Source: Candidatus Latescibacterota bacterium
GTDB lineage: Bacteria; Latescibacterota; UBA2968; GCA-2709665
Length of the DNA stretch: 64,000 nucleotides
NCBI GenBank assembly: GCA_965208835.1
Contig: OZ242358.1
Span: 3,360,001-3,424,000, forward strand
Direction of reading: 5' to 3'
The notes below the pieces were generated by a model. The model worked only from the letters and a program-made list of their open reading frames with translations. It ran no database searches and was not told the origin of the DNA. Numbering within the stretch: the stretch's first letter is position 1; every line of letters begins with the position of its first letter. Both the position numbers and the translations under genes were made by a program. Shown here in pieces: positions 48,805 through 59,128 of this stretch.

Positions 48805-51800
48805 CTATCGTCTGGTGAGCCGGGAATCCTGATGGAGGCCGTGGATGATGTAATCCGTAAGCGCCTCGATGACCACGTCAGTCGGCAGAACGAGAAAACC
48901 GTCCTCCGGCTTGACCCCCTCGGGCAGCTTCAGATAGGCGGCCATTTCCTCGGGAAGGTACGTCATTTCTTCGCCGAAGAACGTGGGCATCTTGGTGCCC
49001 GGCTGAAGCTTCTGCGGATCCCACAGCCAGTCCCTGATCCACGCCTGTTTCAACCGCTCCCTACCCAGCTTCAGGTCGGGCGCCCAGCTTGCCGGGTCGC
49101 CCGTGGGCTTGATATCGCCCTGCTGGTGGCAGGTGAAACAGTTGTAGATGTCCTGACTGAACAGTTTTCTTGCACCGATCATCTCTTTTGAATTCAACCG
49201 TTTATGTACAAAAGTCGCGTACGGAAACTGTTCCTTGTCCAGTCGGGAAAAATAGGTGACCAGGTCGATGGCGTGCTGGTCTTCGAAGCCGAACGTGGGC
49301 ATCCGCGTCTCGAGCCAGGGCCGGATTGGCTCCACATTCTTCAGGAAAGCGAAGAACCAGTCCGGCTGGACTTTCCTGCCTTCGCCGTTCAGGGACGGCG
49401 GCACGTAGCCCTCGGCGTCGGACGCGGAGACTTCCTCGGCACCGTAAGCCTTCACGAGAGGATCCCGGATCGCCCCGCCCTGGTTCTCCACAACGTGGCA
49501 CCCTTTGCAATTCCTGTCGTATACCAGCCAGCGTCCCTTCTCGATGTCGACTTCGTCGGGCTCCAGGCGTTTGACCGCATCGGTGCCCACCTGGCTCCGG
49601 TTCAGGCTCAACAGCGCTGTCGTCAACGCGTGCGCGTCTGCATCGCTCAGGCCGAACTGCGGCATACGCAGCTTGTCGTCGAACTGCCTTACTTTGCCCT
49701 TGTCGAAGACACGGGGCTGTTTGAGCTTCTTGAAGAGCCAGTCGTGACGCGTGTAGGGAATGGCGTCCGGATCGGTGTTGTAGGCGCCAGGTTTCCTGGC
49801 CAGCAGACCGAAATCCAGCTTGTCCACGTCCTTGCTGCCTTGCTCGGTCAACTCCGTGCCGATGGGCTGGGTATCTTCGAATCCGGGAATGAGATGGCAT
49901 CCGAAGCAGCCTTGCCGGGAGATGATCTTTTCACCCAGCCAGATGTCCCGCTCGTGACTCGACATCTCAGCCAGTTGCAGCTTCGCGGTCTTCACGGGCA
50001 ACCGGCTTCGCAGATAATTCAGGACCAGGTCGTCGCGCACCTGCGCGTCCACCGCGGCCACCTGCCGGGCTTCAAACTCCGTATTCCGAAGCGTCAGCAG
50101 ATACGCCGATATGTCTGCCGCCTCACGGTCGGTCAACCTCAGATTCGGCATGCGCGTGTCCGGGAAATAGGCCGTGGGATCCTTCAACCACGCGTAAAGC
50201 CAGCCCTCGGACAGCTTGCTGCCCACGTCGTTCAGGTTCGGCCCGAAATTCCGGAGTCCATATTCCTGGCCCAGACGGTCGTCTGCGCCCACCACGTGGC
50301 AGGCCTTGCAACCCACCATTTCGACGAGTCGCTCGCCCCGCCCGGCATCGCCTTGTACCGGCGGCGACGGGTATTCGGGCCGCTCGGACTTCTCGAAGAT
50401 ATACGACACAACGGCATTGACCGCGGCCGTATTGCGCGCGATATCCTCCGGCCCGCTCACGTTGGCCAGATCGAAGATCTTGGGCATCTTGGTGGTTGGC
50501 CGGAACCCCTTGGGATCCCGGACCCACTTGATGGCCCAGTTTCGATCCAGCTTGCCTGCCGCCTTTCGCAGGTCCGGCCCGACCTTCCGCTGATCCTGCA
50601 GGGTATGTTTCGCGATTTTGTGGCAGCCGGCACACCCCAGCGTACGAACGAGATGGAGGCCGCGATTCAGCCGGTCCGCTTCAGGGACGTCCACAACGCC
50701 CGCGTGGCACTGGGCGCACGAAGCTTCCACGTAGCGGCCGGGCAGCATGGGGTGGTCCCAATACTTCATCTTCTTCCAGCCGTACAGCTTCTTCCAGCGG
50801 GCAGCCTCGACGTCGTCGCTCGGGGTATGGGCCGTATTCTTGAACGTCACGCCCCGATCCCTTCCGAGGTGACAGGTGGTGCATCCGGACTCGGAGAGGG
50901 GATGGGGAGAGCCGCTGCTCAGGAAGAGGTCCAGTCTCGGATGTGTGGCGAACGTCCTGGTGCGCCCAAGCCGGACGTCGTCTTCCGCGTAGACCGTTTC
51001 CATGTAGGTTTTCAGCGTCTCATCCTTGAACCAGCCGGTTTCCGGATCGAGCTCGTAACCCGGTCGATCGATGTTCACGTGGCAGGTTGTACAGCGGTCC
51101 ACCCGGGGAACCCGGGTAAAGTTGAGCTCGTTTCTCAGGTCGGCCAGAACGACCTGCCTGACCTTGATGGAAGGATCGATAAAATCGACCATCGGCAGGT
51201 TTCGGAACACGTTTGGGAAACTGGGAACGAGACCCGTCAGCTTTCGCCTCAGGTTATCTTCATCCTTGTGTAGCGCGCGACGACGGGACTCCAGGGCCTG
51301 TCGCTGCCCGGCCACTTCGTCGATGATCTTCTGCTGCGCCTTCTGCTTTTCCTCCACGGCCTCCCTGGTCAGCCGGAACTCGTACATCCGGGCTTCCATG
51401 GCTTTCATCTCGGCCTTTTTCTCTGCCGCCGTTTCGTCATGCCCGGCTTTGGCAGCGTCTTCATACTCAAACTTCGCCACATCGTACATCGCTTTTTCAA
51501 ACTTAAGCCTCTGATCGGCGCTGTACCACTCCGCCTGAGTGAGGCGCTTCAATTCGGTCGTCGCCGCGCCCACACGTTCCTGGTGTGCCCGAATCGAGGC
51601 CTCTATTCCCGCGAGTTCATCCTCAATCGCCTTCAGCGCGCCCTGATCGACGTTCTGCTTTGCCAGCTCGATTTCGGCTTCGGTCTTGAACGCCTCCAGC
51701 GCCATCGCTTCCTTCTGAAAACCCTTCCATTCGCGGTCGTAGTCATCCCAGACCATCCAGATTACGGACAGAACCAGCACCACGCTGGACAGGGCGAAAA

Positions 51801-51858
51801 TCATGTTCATTTTGTCTACATTGTAGACAAAATCGATGAAGCGTTTCGGCTCATTCAT
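48805..51858 (-). CDS. membrane-anchored octaheme cytochrome c
   Basis: Eight CxxCH motifs counted; N-terminal TM plus coiled coil; repeated W..DP....P.T.MP. Confidence 0.9.
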   Translation of the reverse strand: MNEPKRFIDFVYNVDKMNMIFALSSVVLVLSVIWMVWDDYDREWKGFQKEAMALEAFKTEAEIELAKQNVDQGALKAIEDELAGIEASIRAHQERVGAATTELKRLTQAEWYSADQRLKFEKAMYDVAKFEYEDAAKAGHDETAAEKKAEMKAMEARMYEFRLTREAVEEKQKAQQKIIDEVAGQRQALESRRRALHKDEDNLRRKLTGLVPSFPNVFRNLPMVDFIDPSIKVRQVVLADLRNELNFTRVPRVDRCTTCHVNIDRPGYELDPETGWFKDETLKTYMETVYAEDDVRLGRTRTFATHPRLDLFLSSGSPHPLSESGCTTCHLGRDRGVTFKNTAHTPSDDVEAARWKKLYGWKKMKYWDHPMLPGRYVEASCAQCHAGVVDVPEADRLNRGLHLVRTLGCAGCHKIAKHTLQDQRKVGPDLRKAAGKLDRNWAIKWVRDPKGFRPTTKMPKIFDLANVSGPEDIARNTAAVNAVVSYIFEKSERPEYPSPPVQGDAGRGERLVEMVGCKACHVVGADDRLGQEYGLRNFGPNLNDVGSKLSEGWLYAWLKDPTAYFPDTRMPNLRLTDREAADISAYLLTLRNTEFEARQVAAVDAQVRDDLVLNYLRSRLPVKTAKLQLAEMSSHERDIWLGEKIISRQGCFGCHLIPGFEDTQPIGTELTEQGSKDVDKLDFGLLARKPGAYNTDPDAIPYTRHDWLFKKLKQPRVFDKGKVRQFDDKLRMPQFGLSDADAHALTTALLSLNRSQVGTDAVKRLEPDEVDIEKGRWLVYDRNCKGCHVVENQGGAIRDPLVKAYGAEEVSASDAEGYVPPSLNGEGRKVQPDWFFAFLKNVEPIRPWLETRMPTFGFEDQHAIDLVTYFSRLDKEQFPYATFVHKRLNSKEMIGARKLFSQDIYNCFTCHQQGDIKPTGDPASWAPDLKLGRERLKQAWIRDWLWDPQKLQPGTKMPTFFGEEMTYLPEEMAAYLKLPEGVKPEDGFLVLPTDVVIEALTDYIIHGLHQDSRLTRR

Positions 51859-51960
51859 CGAACGGCTCCGGGGCGGTGGCGTACACCCTGAGTGCCGCCA
51901 CCAGCCCAATCAGATATACCACGGAATGTTGCGGCGGCGCCGGAAACCAAACGAGAACCC

Positions 51961-53037
51961 TCAGATATTGAAGAAATACTCCGGTATGGCGACAATGTAC
52001 TTCAGGTTGAACAGCCAGCGAAGCAGCATCTTGATGGGGAGGGCAACCATACAGAGGAAGAAGAATATCATCACGCTGTAGCGTGCGAATCCCATCGTCT
52101 TGTAGAATTCCTTGAACACGGTCTGCGCAAGTAAGGGCGGCGGCACCAGAAAATACAGGATGACCACCAGAAAACCCCATATCTCGCGCGTCAACCAGAA
52201 CGATGGCAAACCCGTTCCAAGCCACTGGACGTAGATGTACTCCGACATATTGACGTTGACAAGGGCTTCCAGTTTGTGCACGTCCCAGAATTCGTAGGGT
52301 CCGAAGAAGTTCCAGTTCGGGCCGCGCAGAAACGTGCCAATCATGATCAGCAGCACCCACAGCACCACAAAACCGAATAGAAATACCGTAATGGCGAACC
52401 GGCGTTCCTTGAACGTGTAATAGCCCAGCCCCTTGGGATTCCGGTCGATATACGGAATGGCCATGAGCCCCACGATGACAAGTGTGGGAAGGACAACCCC
52501 GGCGATCCATGGATCGTAATACACCAGCATTTCCTGCAGCCCCAGGAAATACCAGGGCGCCTTGGAAGGATTGGGTGTTTTCGCCGGGTTGGCCGGCTCC
52601 TCGATGGGCGCCTTGATGAGCACGGACCAGAGAACCAGGAACACAGTAGCCAGGGTCAGGCAGATCAGCTCCGTGTAGACCAGATGCGGCCAGGTGAGGA
52701 CCTTTTCCTTGAATTCGGCTTTCTCTACCGGACCTTCTCCCCTCGCGATGCGATCGTCGTTATCGTACCCCTGTTTCAGACTGTACCAGACAAAGAAACC
52801 CACCAGAAACAGCAGCATGACAATGGGTATATTGTCTCCCTTTGTCACAATGATGCGGAAATTCTCGTCCTGAAAACTTACAAGGAAAAACACAATGGAG
52901 ATGATCAGGGCGGGGAGGCCGAACCGGACCGTCCAGACCCAGCGGGTCCGCAAGGCCAGGAAAAAAAGCACGGCAAACAACGGCAGGAAATATTCAGGCG
53001 TGAGAAGCCAGTTAACGAAGCCTTTCAGAACGTCCAT
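51961..53037 (-). CDS. cytochrome b subunit IV-like protein (extended)
   Basis: ANPAKTPNPSKAPWYF (PEWY variant), PYIDRNP; extra TM segments. Confidence 0.85.
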   Translation of the reverse strand: MDVLKGFVNWLLTPEYFLPLFAVLFFLALRTRWVWTVRFGLPALIISIVFFLVSFQDENFRIIVTKGDNIPIVMLLFLVGFFVWYSLKQGYDNDDRIARGEGPVEKAEFKEKVLTWPHLVYTELICLTLATVFLVLWSVLIKAPIEEPANPAKTPNPSKAPWYFLGLQEMLVYYDPWIAGVVLPTLVIVGLMAIPYIDRNPKGLGYYTFKERRFAITVFLFGFVVLWVLLIMIGTFLRGPNWNFFGPYEFWDVHKLEALVNVNMSEYIYVQWLGTGLPSFWLTREIWGFLVVILYFLVPPPLLAQTVFKEFYKTMGFARYSVMIFFFLCMVALPIKMLLRWLFNLKYIVAIPEYFFNI

Positions 53038-53082
53038 CGTCTACCTCGAAGATTCCCCGTTTCTGCCACACCGGGGACGTTA

Positions 53083-53868
53083 CTACATCGGGCCGGAAAT
53101 CCCTCCGTCTTTTCGGACCCGCCAGAAGTGGACAGCCATAAGGACAGCCGCAACGAACGGGATGAAGAGACAATGCAGGACATAGAACCTCAGAAGCGCG
53201 CCTTCCCCGACGAACCGACCCCCAAGCAACGCGAAACGGGCATCGTCGCCGGCGTGGACCAGATTGATATCACCAAGCATCAGGAACGCCGCCCCCGGAC
53301 CTTCATGCCCGAGAAACGGGGTTGCCCGCGCCATATTCGCCCCTACGGTTATCGCCCAGATGGCAAGCTGGTCCCAGGGCAACAGATACCCGGTAAAACT
53401 CAAGAGCAGCGTCAGCAGCAACAGAATGACGCCGATCGCCCAGTTGAATTCCCGGGGAGGCTTGTATGATCCCGTCATAAACACGCGCAACATATGCAGC
53501 CAGACCGTAATGATCATCGCGTGGGCGCCCCAGCGATGGATCTCCCGCATGATTCCCAACGGCACCTGCTCGCCCAGGTCGATGATGTCGGTATAGGCGT
53601 ATTCGAGCGTGGGCCGGTAGTAGAACATGAGCAGAATGCCCGTTATGGTCTCGATCAGAAAAATAAAAAAGGTGAGCCCACCCATACACCACGTGTAGCG
53701 CACCCGGATTCCTGATTTCGGGGTCCGAACGGGATGCAGATGCAGGAATACGTTCGTCAACACCACCTGCGCCCGGCCGCGTTCGTCTCTCGGTACGTCG
53801 TGCCGGAAGACGGACTTCCATATTTGAGAGCGTTTTGTCCGGTCCAGGAGGCCGGAAAATTTCGGCAT
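53083..53868 (-). CDS. cytochrome b6-like N-terminal cytochrome b
   Basis: WCMGG (heme ci Cys), IHRW..H...[24 protein letters not shown]. Confidence 0.93.
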   Translation of the reverse strand: MPKFSGLLDRTKRSQIWKSVFRHDVPRDERGRAQVVLTNVFLHLHPVRTPKSGIRVRYTWCMGGLTFFIFLIETITGILLMFYYRPTLEYAYTDIIDLGEQVPLGIMREIHRWGAHAMIITVWLHMLRVFMTGSYKPPREFNWAIGVILLLLTLLLSFTGYLLPWDQLAIWAITVGANMARATPFLGHEGPGAAFLMLGDINLVHAGDDARFALLGGRFVGEGALLRFYVLHCLFIPFVAAVLMAVHFWRVRKDGGISGPM

Positions 53869-53895
53869 ACCGTGTTCTCCCGATTATACCGCTAT

Positions 53896-54055
53896 CAGTC
53901 CGTTGATAAAGTCGCTCTGCAGGCGAGGCCGAGCCATTGTGGGCGAAGACAAGGCGCGCAACCGAGTCCCATCGAGCGATTCGGCGAGGGAGCGCAACGC
54001 AGTTTTTCGACCGCAAGGGCCGGCCGCAGCCCGGATGGACTTTTTTAACGGGCTG
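53896..54055. mobile_element. MITE family B, copy 2
   Basis: Near-identical to 20199-20358; CTAT duplication. Confidence 0.88.
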
Positions 54056-54151
54056 CTATGCTGAAACTGACAAGAAAACCGCGTAAAGGAGGCTTCAGAA
54101 GTGTACCTGCACCCCCGCGAAAACCGCGGAGGTGACTTTTCGACAGCTTGT

Positions 54152-55102
54152 TCAGATACGCAAAAAGGACTCCGGGTTGTCCCAATGCCCTTTTTCATAC
54201 TGGAATTTCCGTGTTTTGTCGACCAGTACCTGGCCGTCCTCGGCAAGTACGATGCGCGCCCTTTCCAGCGGACGCGGGGCCGGACCCTCGAAATTGATGC
54301 CCGTCATATAAAAACCGCTGCCGTGACAGGGACACTTGAATTTCTGTTCGTTTCCAAGCCAGTTGGGCGTACAACCCAGATGCGTGCAAACCGAAATGAG
54401 CGCGAACATATCCTGCGTGGTTTTTACAATCCAGACGCTGAACTTGTCTTTCCAGCGTTCATCCACACCCAGGTCGTAGTCATCCGCGAACCCGATCTTG
54501 AATGACTGGGGCGGCTCGAACAGCACATTCGGGAACAGGAAGCGTGCGAAACCCAGAAGTCCCGCGGTCGAAGCGACCGCAAATGACGCCCACGCCAGGG
54601 TCAGCCACGTAAAAAATCCGCGGCGGGTGGTCATGCCACCTTCGGCCACGGACTGTGTTCTCTCCGGCCCGGGGCGAATCGCGGGCGGGGCGGGCGACGT
54701 CTGCACGATCACGCGTTCCGCAGCCGGCTCGTCGGTTTTCTGCGTTAACGCGCGGGCGGCCGCGGCCCTGTCCGCGGTGGTCGCTGCTTTTTTGGCAGGC
54801 GCGCCTGCCGGCGCGGCCTTGCCGCCACCACGGGCCTTGCGTATCAACTCCGCCTTGGCCTTCGCGCGGGCAACGCGATCCTGGATATCGTCAAGCGACG
54901 AAAGATCCACCTCGGCGGCTTCGGTATCGCCACCGGAATCGTCGGCGGCCTGCGCGGACGCTCCCTCCGCCGGCTCTGCCACGGACTCATCGCCCGCGGC
55001 GGCCTCCCGGGCCTTGCGAATCGCTTCCGCTTTCGCCTTGGCCCTGGCCACCCGATCCGGAATTTCGTCGAATTCCGACAGATCGATTTTGTCTTCCGAC
55101 AT
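54152..55102 (-). CDS. Rieske 2Fe-2S subunit with a long N-terminal extension
   Basis: CTHLGC, CPCHGS, GPAPRPL; internal Tat-like TRRGFF plus TM. Confidence 0.93.
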   Translation of the reverse strand: MSEDKIDLSEFDEIPDRVARAKAKAEAIRKAREAAAGDESVAEPAEGASAQAADDSGGDTEAAEVDLSSLDDIQDRVARAKAKAELIRKARGGGKAAPAGAPAKKAATTADRAAAARALTQKTDEPAAERVIVQTSPAPPAIRPGPERTQSVAEGGMTTRRGFFTWLTLAWASFAVASTAGLLGFARFLFPNVLFEPPQSFKIGFADDYDLGVDERWKDKFSVWIVKTTQDMFALISVCTHLGCTPNWLGNEQKFKCPCHGSGFYMTGINFEGPAPRPLERARIVLAEDGQVLVDKTRKFQYEKGHWDNPESFLRI

Positions 55103-55225
55103 GTTATCCCCCGGAAACCTGCCGAGCGGTTTTCGAGCGGAAACACTTCAGGGCTTGGTTATACGTGATATAAGACAGGGAAATACTGGAAATTGAATCA
55201 CTTACAGCGCAAAATACACCGGCCA

Positions 55226-55254
55226 AATATATCGAAATCATCCCGAATTGTCAA
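55226..55254 (-). promoter_or_regulatory. sigma70-type promoter for the bc-oxidase operon
   Basis: TTGACA-17 bp-TATATT. Confidence 0.65.
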
Positions 55255-55361
55255 GCGGGATTTTCCGTAGATACGGACCTCCCGGGGACGTAGAAAAAGG
55301 GACCCGACAGGCACTCATAAAGGGCCGGATCCCCCGCTGCAATACCGTCTGTTCGCGCTGT

Positions 55362-56270
55362 TCATTTCTTCCCCCATACATTCAGAATTTCTATGGCGGC
55401 CTGCCGGACACGCAGGTCCGAATCCTGTTCGCGCAGGCGCTGCAGCGCGGGGGTCAGGGACCTGGCGTTGAGCATGCCCACGGCCCTGATCGCCTCGACA
55501 AGGATATTGCGACGGCCCTCGCCACTTATCCGATCGAACCCTTCCAGGTATCCCGGGCTCAACATCTCCTCCAGCACCTCCAGGCCCGCATTATTTCCCG
55601 CGACGGCCAACTGCAGGGCGGCATTCCAGCGAACGTCGGGCGCGCGGTCGTGAAGCGCCTGTTCCAGCGCCGGCGGAACGAGAGGGTCGTCCAATCCCCC
55701 CAGAGCGTATACCGCGGCCTTGCGCAATCCCGCGTCGTCGTTCGATGCGATTCTGATCAGGTGCGGCACGGCGACCGGGTCTCCCTGCGCCCTCAGCGAA
55801 AACATCGCGTTGATCCGGGTTTCGTCGTCAGGGTCTTCCAATGCGGCGATCAGAACGCCGACGAGTTCGGAATCCTGTACCCTTCCCATGGCCGCGGCCA
55901 GAAAACGCCTGACTCGGGGGTCGTCCGACCGGGAAGCCTCGAACACCCGGATCAACTTTCCGACAAACCTGCGGCCGATCCGACCTTCGCGCTGCTCCTG
56001 GTCCAGGACGGTGGCCAGTTCGTACGCGGCCTGCCACCGGCTGTTGATTCCGCCCACCCGAATTGTATTGAGATAGTCTTCCGCCGTCTTTCGCTCGACC
56101 GTCAACAGCCCCAGTCCCAGGTATATTGCAAGCCCGACCAGAATGATCGCCACGGGAAAAATGACGAACTGCGAGACCAGTCTCGCCCTGGAGACGTCCG
56201 CGTCCGAAACCGGAGCGGTGGCGTCTTCGGCGATTTTTCTGAGTTCCTCTTCGGGAGTCTGCTGGTCCAT
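55362..56270 (-). CDS. membrane-anchored HEAT-repeat protein
   Basis: N-terminal TM; repeats D..VR..A..ALG. Confidence 0.85.
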   Translation of the reverse strand: MDQQTPEEELRKIAEDATAPVSDADVSRARLVSQFVIFPVAIILVGLAIYLGLGLLTVERKTAEDYLNTIRVGGINSRWQAAYELATVLDQEQREGRIGRRFVGKLIRVFEASRSDDPRVRRFLAAAMGRVQDSELVGVLIAALEDPDDETRINAMFSLRAQGDPVAVPHLIRIASNDDAGLRKAAVYALGGLDDPLVPPALEQALHDRAPDVRWNAALQLAVAGNNAGLEVLEEMLSPGYLEGFDRISGEGRRNILVEAIRAVGMLNARSLTPALQRLREQDSDLRVRQAAIEILNVWGKK

Positions 56271-56300
56271 ACGACAACCCCTGTCCAAAAAACACCTTAA

Positions 56301-56624
56301 CAGTCCGTTGATAAAGTCGCTCTGCAGGCGAGGCACGGTGTCCCGTCCCGGAAATATGTCACCATTCATCCGCCGATTCATCCCGTCTGGTGGCGTTGCC
56401 TTCGCTCGGCGACCACGGACAGGTCTCCTTGCTCAGGCGCCTTGCCAGCCGGGTGACTCGGCGGTCGAATTTCGGCAATCTATTTCCGGGTCGGAACACT
56501 TGCCATTGTGGCCGAAGACAAGGCGCGCAACCGAGTCCCATCCTGCGATTCGGCGAGGGCGCGCAACGCCGTATTTCGACCGCAAGGGCCGGCCGCAGCC
56601 CGGATGGACTTTTTCAACGGGCTG
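56301..56624. mobile_element. MITE family B, long variant
   Basis: Both TIRs present, with extra internal sequence. Confidence 0.8.
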
Positions 56625-56654
56625 TCAGAGCCGACGCGCAAGTACACAGGGTCC

Positions 56655-56684
56655 AATATAACCAGAGGCCACACACGCTGTCAA
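56655..56684 (-). promoter_or_regulatory. possible sigma70 promoter for the HEAT gene
   Basis: TTGACA-18 bp-TATATT. Confidence 0.5.
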
Positions 56685-56735
56685 GATCGGTGTCATGACC
56701 CGCGAATTCCTGACCATTCAACCGCCGATTCACCC

Positions 56736-56764
56736 TTGACAACCCTGGTGAAAGACCTTATTTT
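56736..56764 (+). promoter_or_regulatory. sigma70-type promoter for the ferredoxin gene
   Basis: TTGACA-17 bp-TATTTT. Confidence 0.6.
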
Positions 56765-56822
56765 AGCCTTGGATGGCATGACTCACGCAGGCAGGCACAT
56801 TCTAACCGGAGATTACGACTCA

Positions 56823-57557
56823 GTGAACGTAGACCTTACCCAGTTTGACAACATCTCCGACCGGGTGGCTCGCGCCAGGGCCAAAGCCGACGCCGTGCGG
56901 AAAGCCAAAGAGGGCGCCGGCGACGCCGCGGAAGCCGCGTCCGACGCAGCCAAAGCCGCACCGGAAGCCGCGACCGCCGTCGCGGAAGTCGAAAGCGAAC
57001 CTGCCGGCCTTGCCATTCTCGAATTCAGGCCCGGCATGCATTTCAAACTGAACGGGCGTGCCGGACGGACCGTGGGTATCCGCTACGACCTGGTCAGCTT
57101 CGTTTACGATGACGACCCCGACCAGCTCATTACCGCGGACCGGTACCGCCTCAGCCACGCGCACGCGGAGGGCACGCTGGAATTCGCCCCGAAGTCAGAA
57201 GTCTACCGTCCGGAGCGAGTCTCCAGGAAAGAACGCGTCGACTATCACGAACACCTCTGGCTTGAATCCCGCTCCGGCATGACGGCCAAGAAGAAGCGGC
57301 CGCGGCATATCGCCATTATCAACCCGGACTATTGCACAGGCTGCAACGCCTGCATCGAAGTTTGTCCAACGGACTGTATCGAGGAAGTTGACGTGGCCGA
57401 CGCCGGCCTGGACGGCATCGGCACGTTCTGCGAAGTCCGGCTGGAAGACTGTATCGGATGCATCCAGTGCGTACATATCTGCCCGTGGGAAGCCATCGAA
57501 ATGGTGGGCACCCAGCAGGTTGAAGAGGCGTACGGCATCCCCGTGGGGACATTGTAG
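56823..57557 (+). CDS. 2x[4Fe-4S] ferredoxin-domain protein with N-terminal extension
   Basis: CTGCNACIEVCP and CIGCIQCVHICP; GTG start after GGAG. Confidence 0.88.
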   Translation: MNVDLTQFDNISDRVARARAKADAVRKAKEGAGDAAEAASDAAKAAPEAATAVAEVESEPAGLAILEFRPGMHFKLNGRAGRTVGIRYDLVSFVYDDDPDQLITADRYRLSHAHAEGTLEFAPKSEVYRPERVSRKERVDYHEHLWLESRSGMTAKKKRPRHIAIINPDYCTGCNACIEVCPTDCIEEVDVADAGLDGIGTFCEVRLEDCIGCIQCVHICPWEAIEMVGTQQVEEAYGIPVGTL

Positions 57558-57583
57558 ACCGTCATTTACCATCTGTCAAAGGG

Positions 57584-57620
57584 AAGAGCGCCAACCCGAT
57601 CCGGTTGACGCTCTTTTTTT
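57584..57620 (+). terminator. intrinsic terminator
   Basis: aagagcg-c-caacc / ggttg-a-cgctctt hairpin followed by a T-run. Confidence 0.75.
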
Positions 57621-57648
57621 GTTTCAGCCACCAGACTGCGCTTTTCCG

Positions 57649-58617
57649 TCAGCAGCAACCGGATGAGAGCAGTTCCCGGACACGGCGCATGTCCTCAGGC
57701 GGTTCCGCGTGGAACTCGAGCGCTTTGCCCGTGACCGGATGCACGAATCCGAGGGATCCGGCGTGCAACATCTGCCGGTTCGCCAGATTCAGGGCCGCCC
57801 CGGCCGCAATCCGGAGGGTCGGCGAGATGCCTCGAATTCGTTTCGCACCCCCTCCGTAGGTGGAATCACCAAGAATCGGATGGCCGATGTGGGCGAGATG
57901 GACGCGAATCTGATGGGTTCGCCCTGTCTCCAGGCTCAATTCCAGCGTCGACGCGAATCCATTGAATGCTTTTACCTCGTACCGGGTGGCGGCAAAACGC
58001 CCTCCGGTGTCCACGACGGCCATGCGCCGGCGGTCTCCAGGACTCCGGCCGATGGCCGCCTCGATGCGACCGTGTTGCGACTGTGGCTGACCCCATGCGA
58101 AGCCGGTATAACGCCTCATCGCCGTGCGCGCCTCCAGTTGCGCCGCAAGCCCCCGATGAGCCGCGTCGTCCTTGGCCACCATGAGCAGGCCCGATGTCTC
58201 TCTGTCCAGCCGGTGTACAATTCCCGGACGAAGTACGCCGTTGATCCCGGAGAGACCGTCGCAATGGGCAAGGAGACCGTTTACCAGCGTGCCCGATCGC
58301 ATCCGGCCCGTGGGGTGTACAACCAGGCCCGCCGGCTTGTTCACGACAAGAAGATGCCCGTCTTCAAAAAAAACGTCCAGAGGAATGTCCTCTGGATCGA
58401 GTCCGGCGGGTTCGGGGTCCGGCAGACGAACCACGATCTCTTCGCCGTCCGAAACCCTGTAGCTGGATCGAACCCGTTCGCCCCTTGCAAGTACTTCCCC
58501 GGAGGCGATCAACGCCTGGATTCTGGACCGGGAGAGCGGTTCGCAGACGGCCGCCAGCATCCGGTCGAGTCGACAGCCCGCGTGTTCCGGAAGGACGGTG
58601 ACTTCAAACTGCCTCAT
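57649..58617 (-). CDS. rluD: RluA-family pseudouridine synthase with S4 domain
   Basis: NKPAGLVVHP, RPGIVHRLDRETSG, TGRTHQIRVH. Confidence 0.9.
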   Translation of the reverse strand: MRQFEVTVLPEHAGCRLDRMLAAVCEPLSRSRIQALIASGEVLARGERVRSSYRVSDGEEIVVRLPDPEPAGLDPEDIPLDVFFEDGHLLVVNKPAGLVVHPTGRMRSGTLVNGLLAHCDGLSGINGVLRPGIVHRLDRETSGLLMVAKDDAAHRGLAAQLEARTAMRRYTGFAWGQPQSQHGRIEAAIGRSPGDRRRMAVVDTGGRFAATRYEVKAFNGFASTLELSLETGRTHQIRVHLAHIGHPILGDSTYGGGAKRIRGISPTLRIAAGAALNLANRQMLHAGSLGFVHPVTGKALEFHAEPPEDMRRVRELLSSGCC

Positions 58618-59068
58618 CCTTTCCGCCCTTGAGTAAGCCACAACCCAGTATCAACAGCCCGGCGCCAAACGTGACGGAAGCGTCGGCGACGTTGAACACC
58701 CACCACCGAACGGACCCGAGTCCGAAATCCAGAAAATCGACCACAGCGCCGAATCGGATCCGGTCGATGACGTTGCCGACAGCCCCGCCCAGCACAAGCG
58801 CCAGACCTGCCGAAGCCACCCGCTGGCCGGGCGGCAGACGGAGCCACATCACCGCCACGATAATCAATGCCGCCCCGGCGAACACGAGGTGTGCGACATT
58901 TCCCCCCAGCCTCAATCCGAACACGGCGCCGGGGTTCTGTATATAGGTCAACCTGAAGAATGAGCCCAGTACGGGAATCGAGTCTCCGAGGACCATCGAT
59001 TCCATCACCATCCGCTTCGACACCTGGTCCAGAACGAGGACGACACCCGATATCCAGAGGCTCCGCAC
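58604..59068 (-). CDS. lspA: lipoprotein signal peptidase II
   Basis: DQVSK, NPGAVFG, GNVIDR, VVDF, FNVAD. Confidence 0.95.
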   Translation of the reverse strand: MRSLWISGVVLVLDQVSKRMVMESMVLGDSIPVLGSFFRLTYIQNPGAVFGLRLGGNVAHLVFAGAALIIVAVMWLRLPPGQRVASAGLALVLGGAVGNVIDRIRFGAVVDFLDFGLGSVRWWVFNVADASVTFGAGLLILGCGLLKGGKDEAV

Positions 59069-59128
59069 AACGGCCTCCCCTGGCGACGGACCGATTGAGC
59101 CCGTTCACCCGGAAATGCAGCAAGTGAA

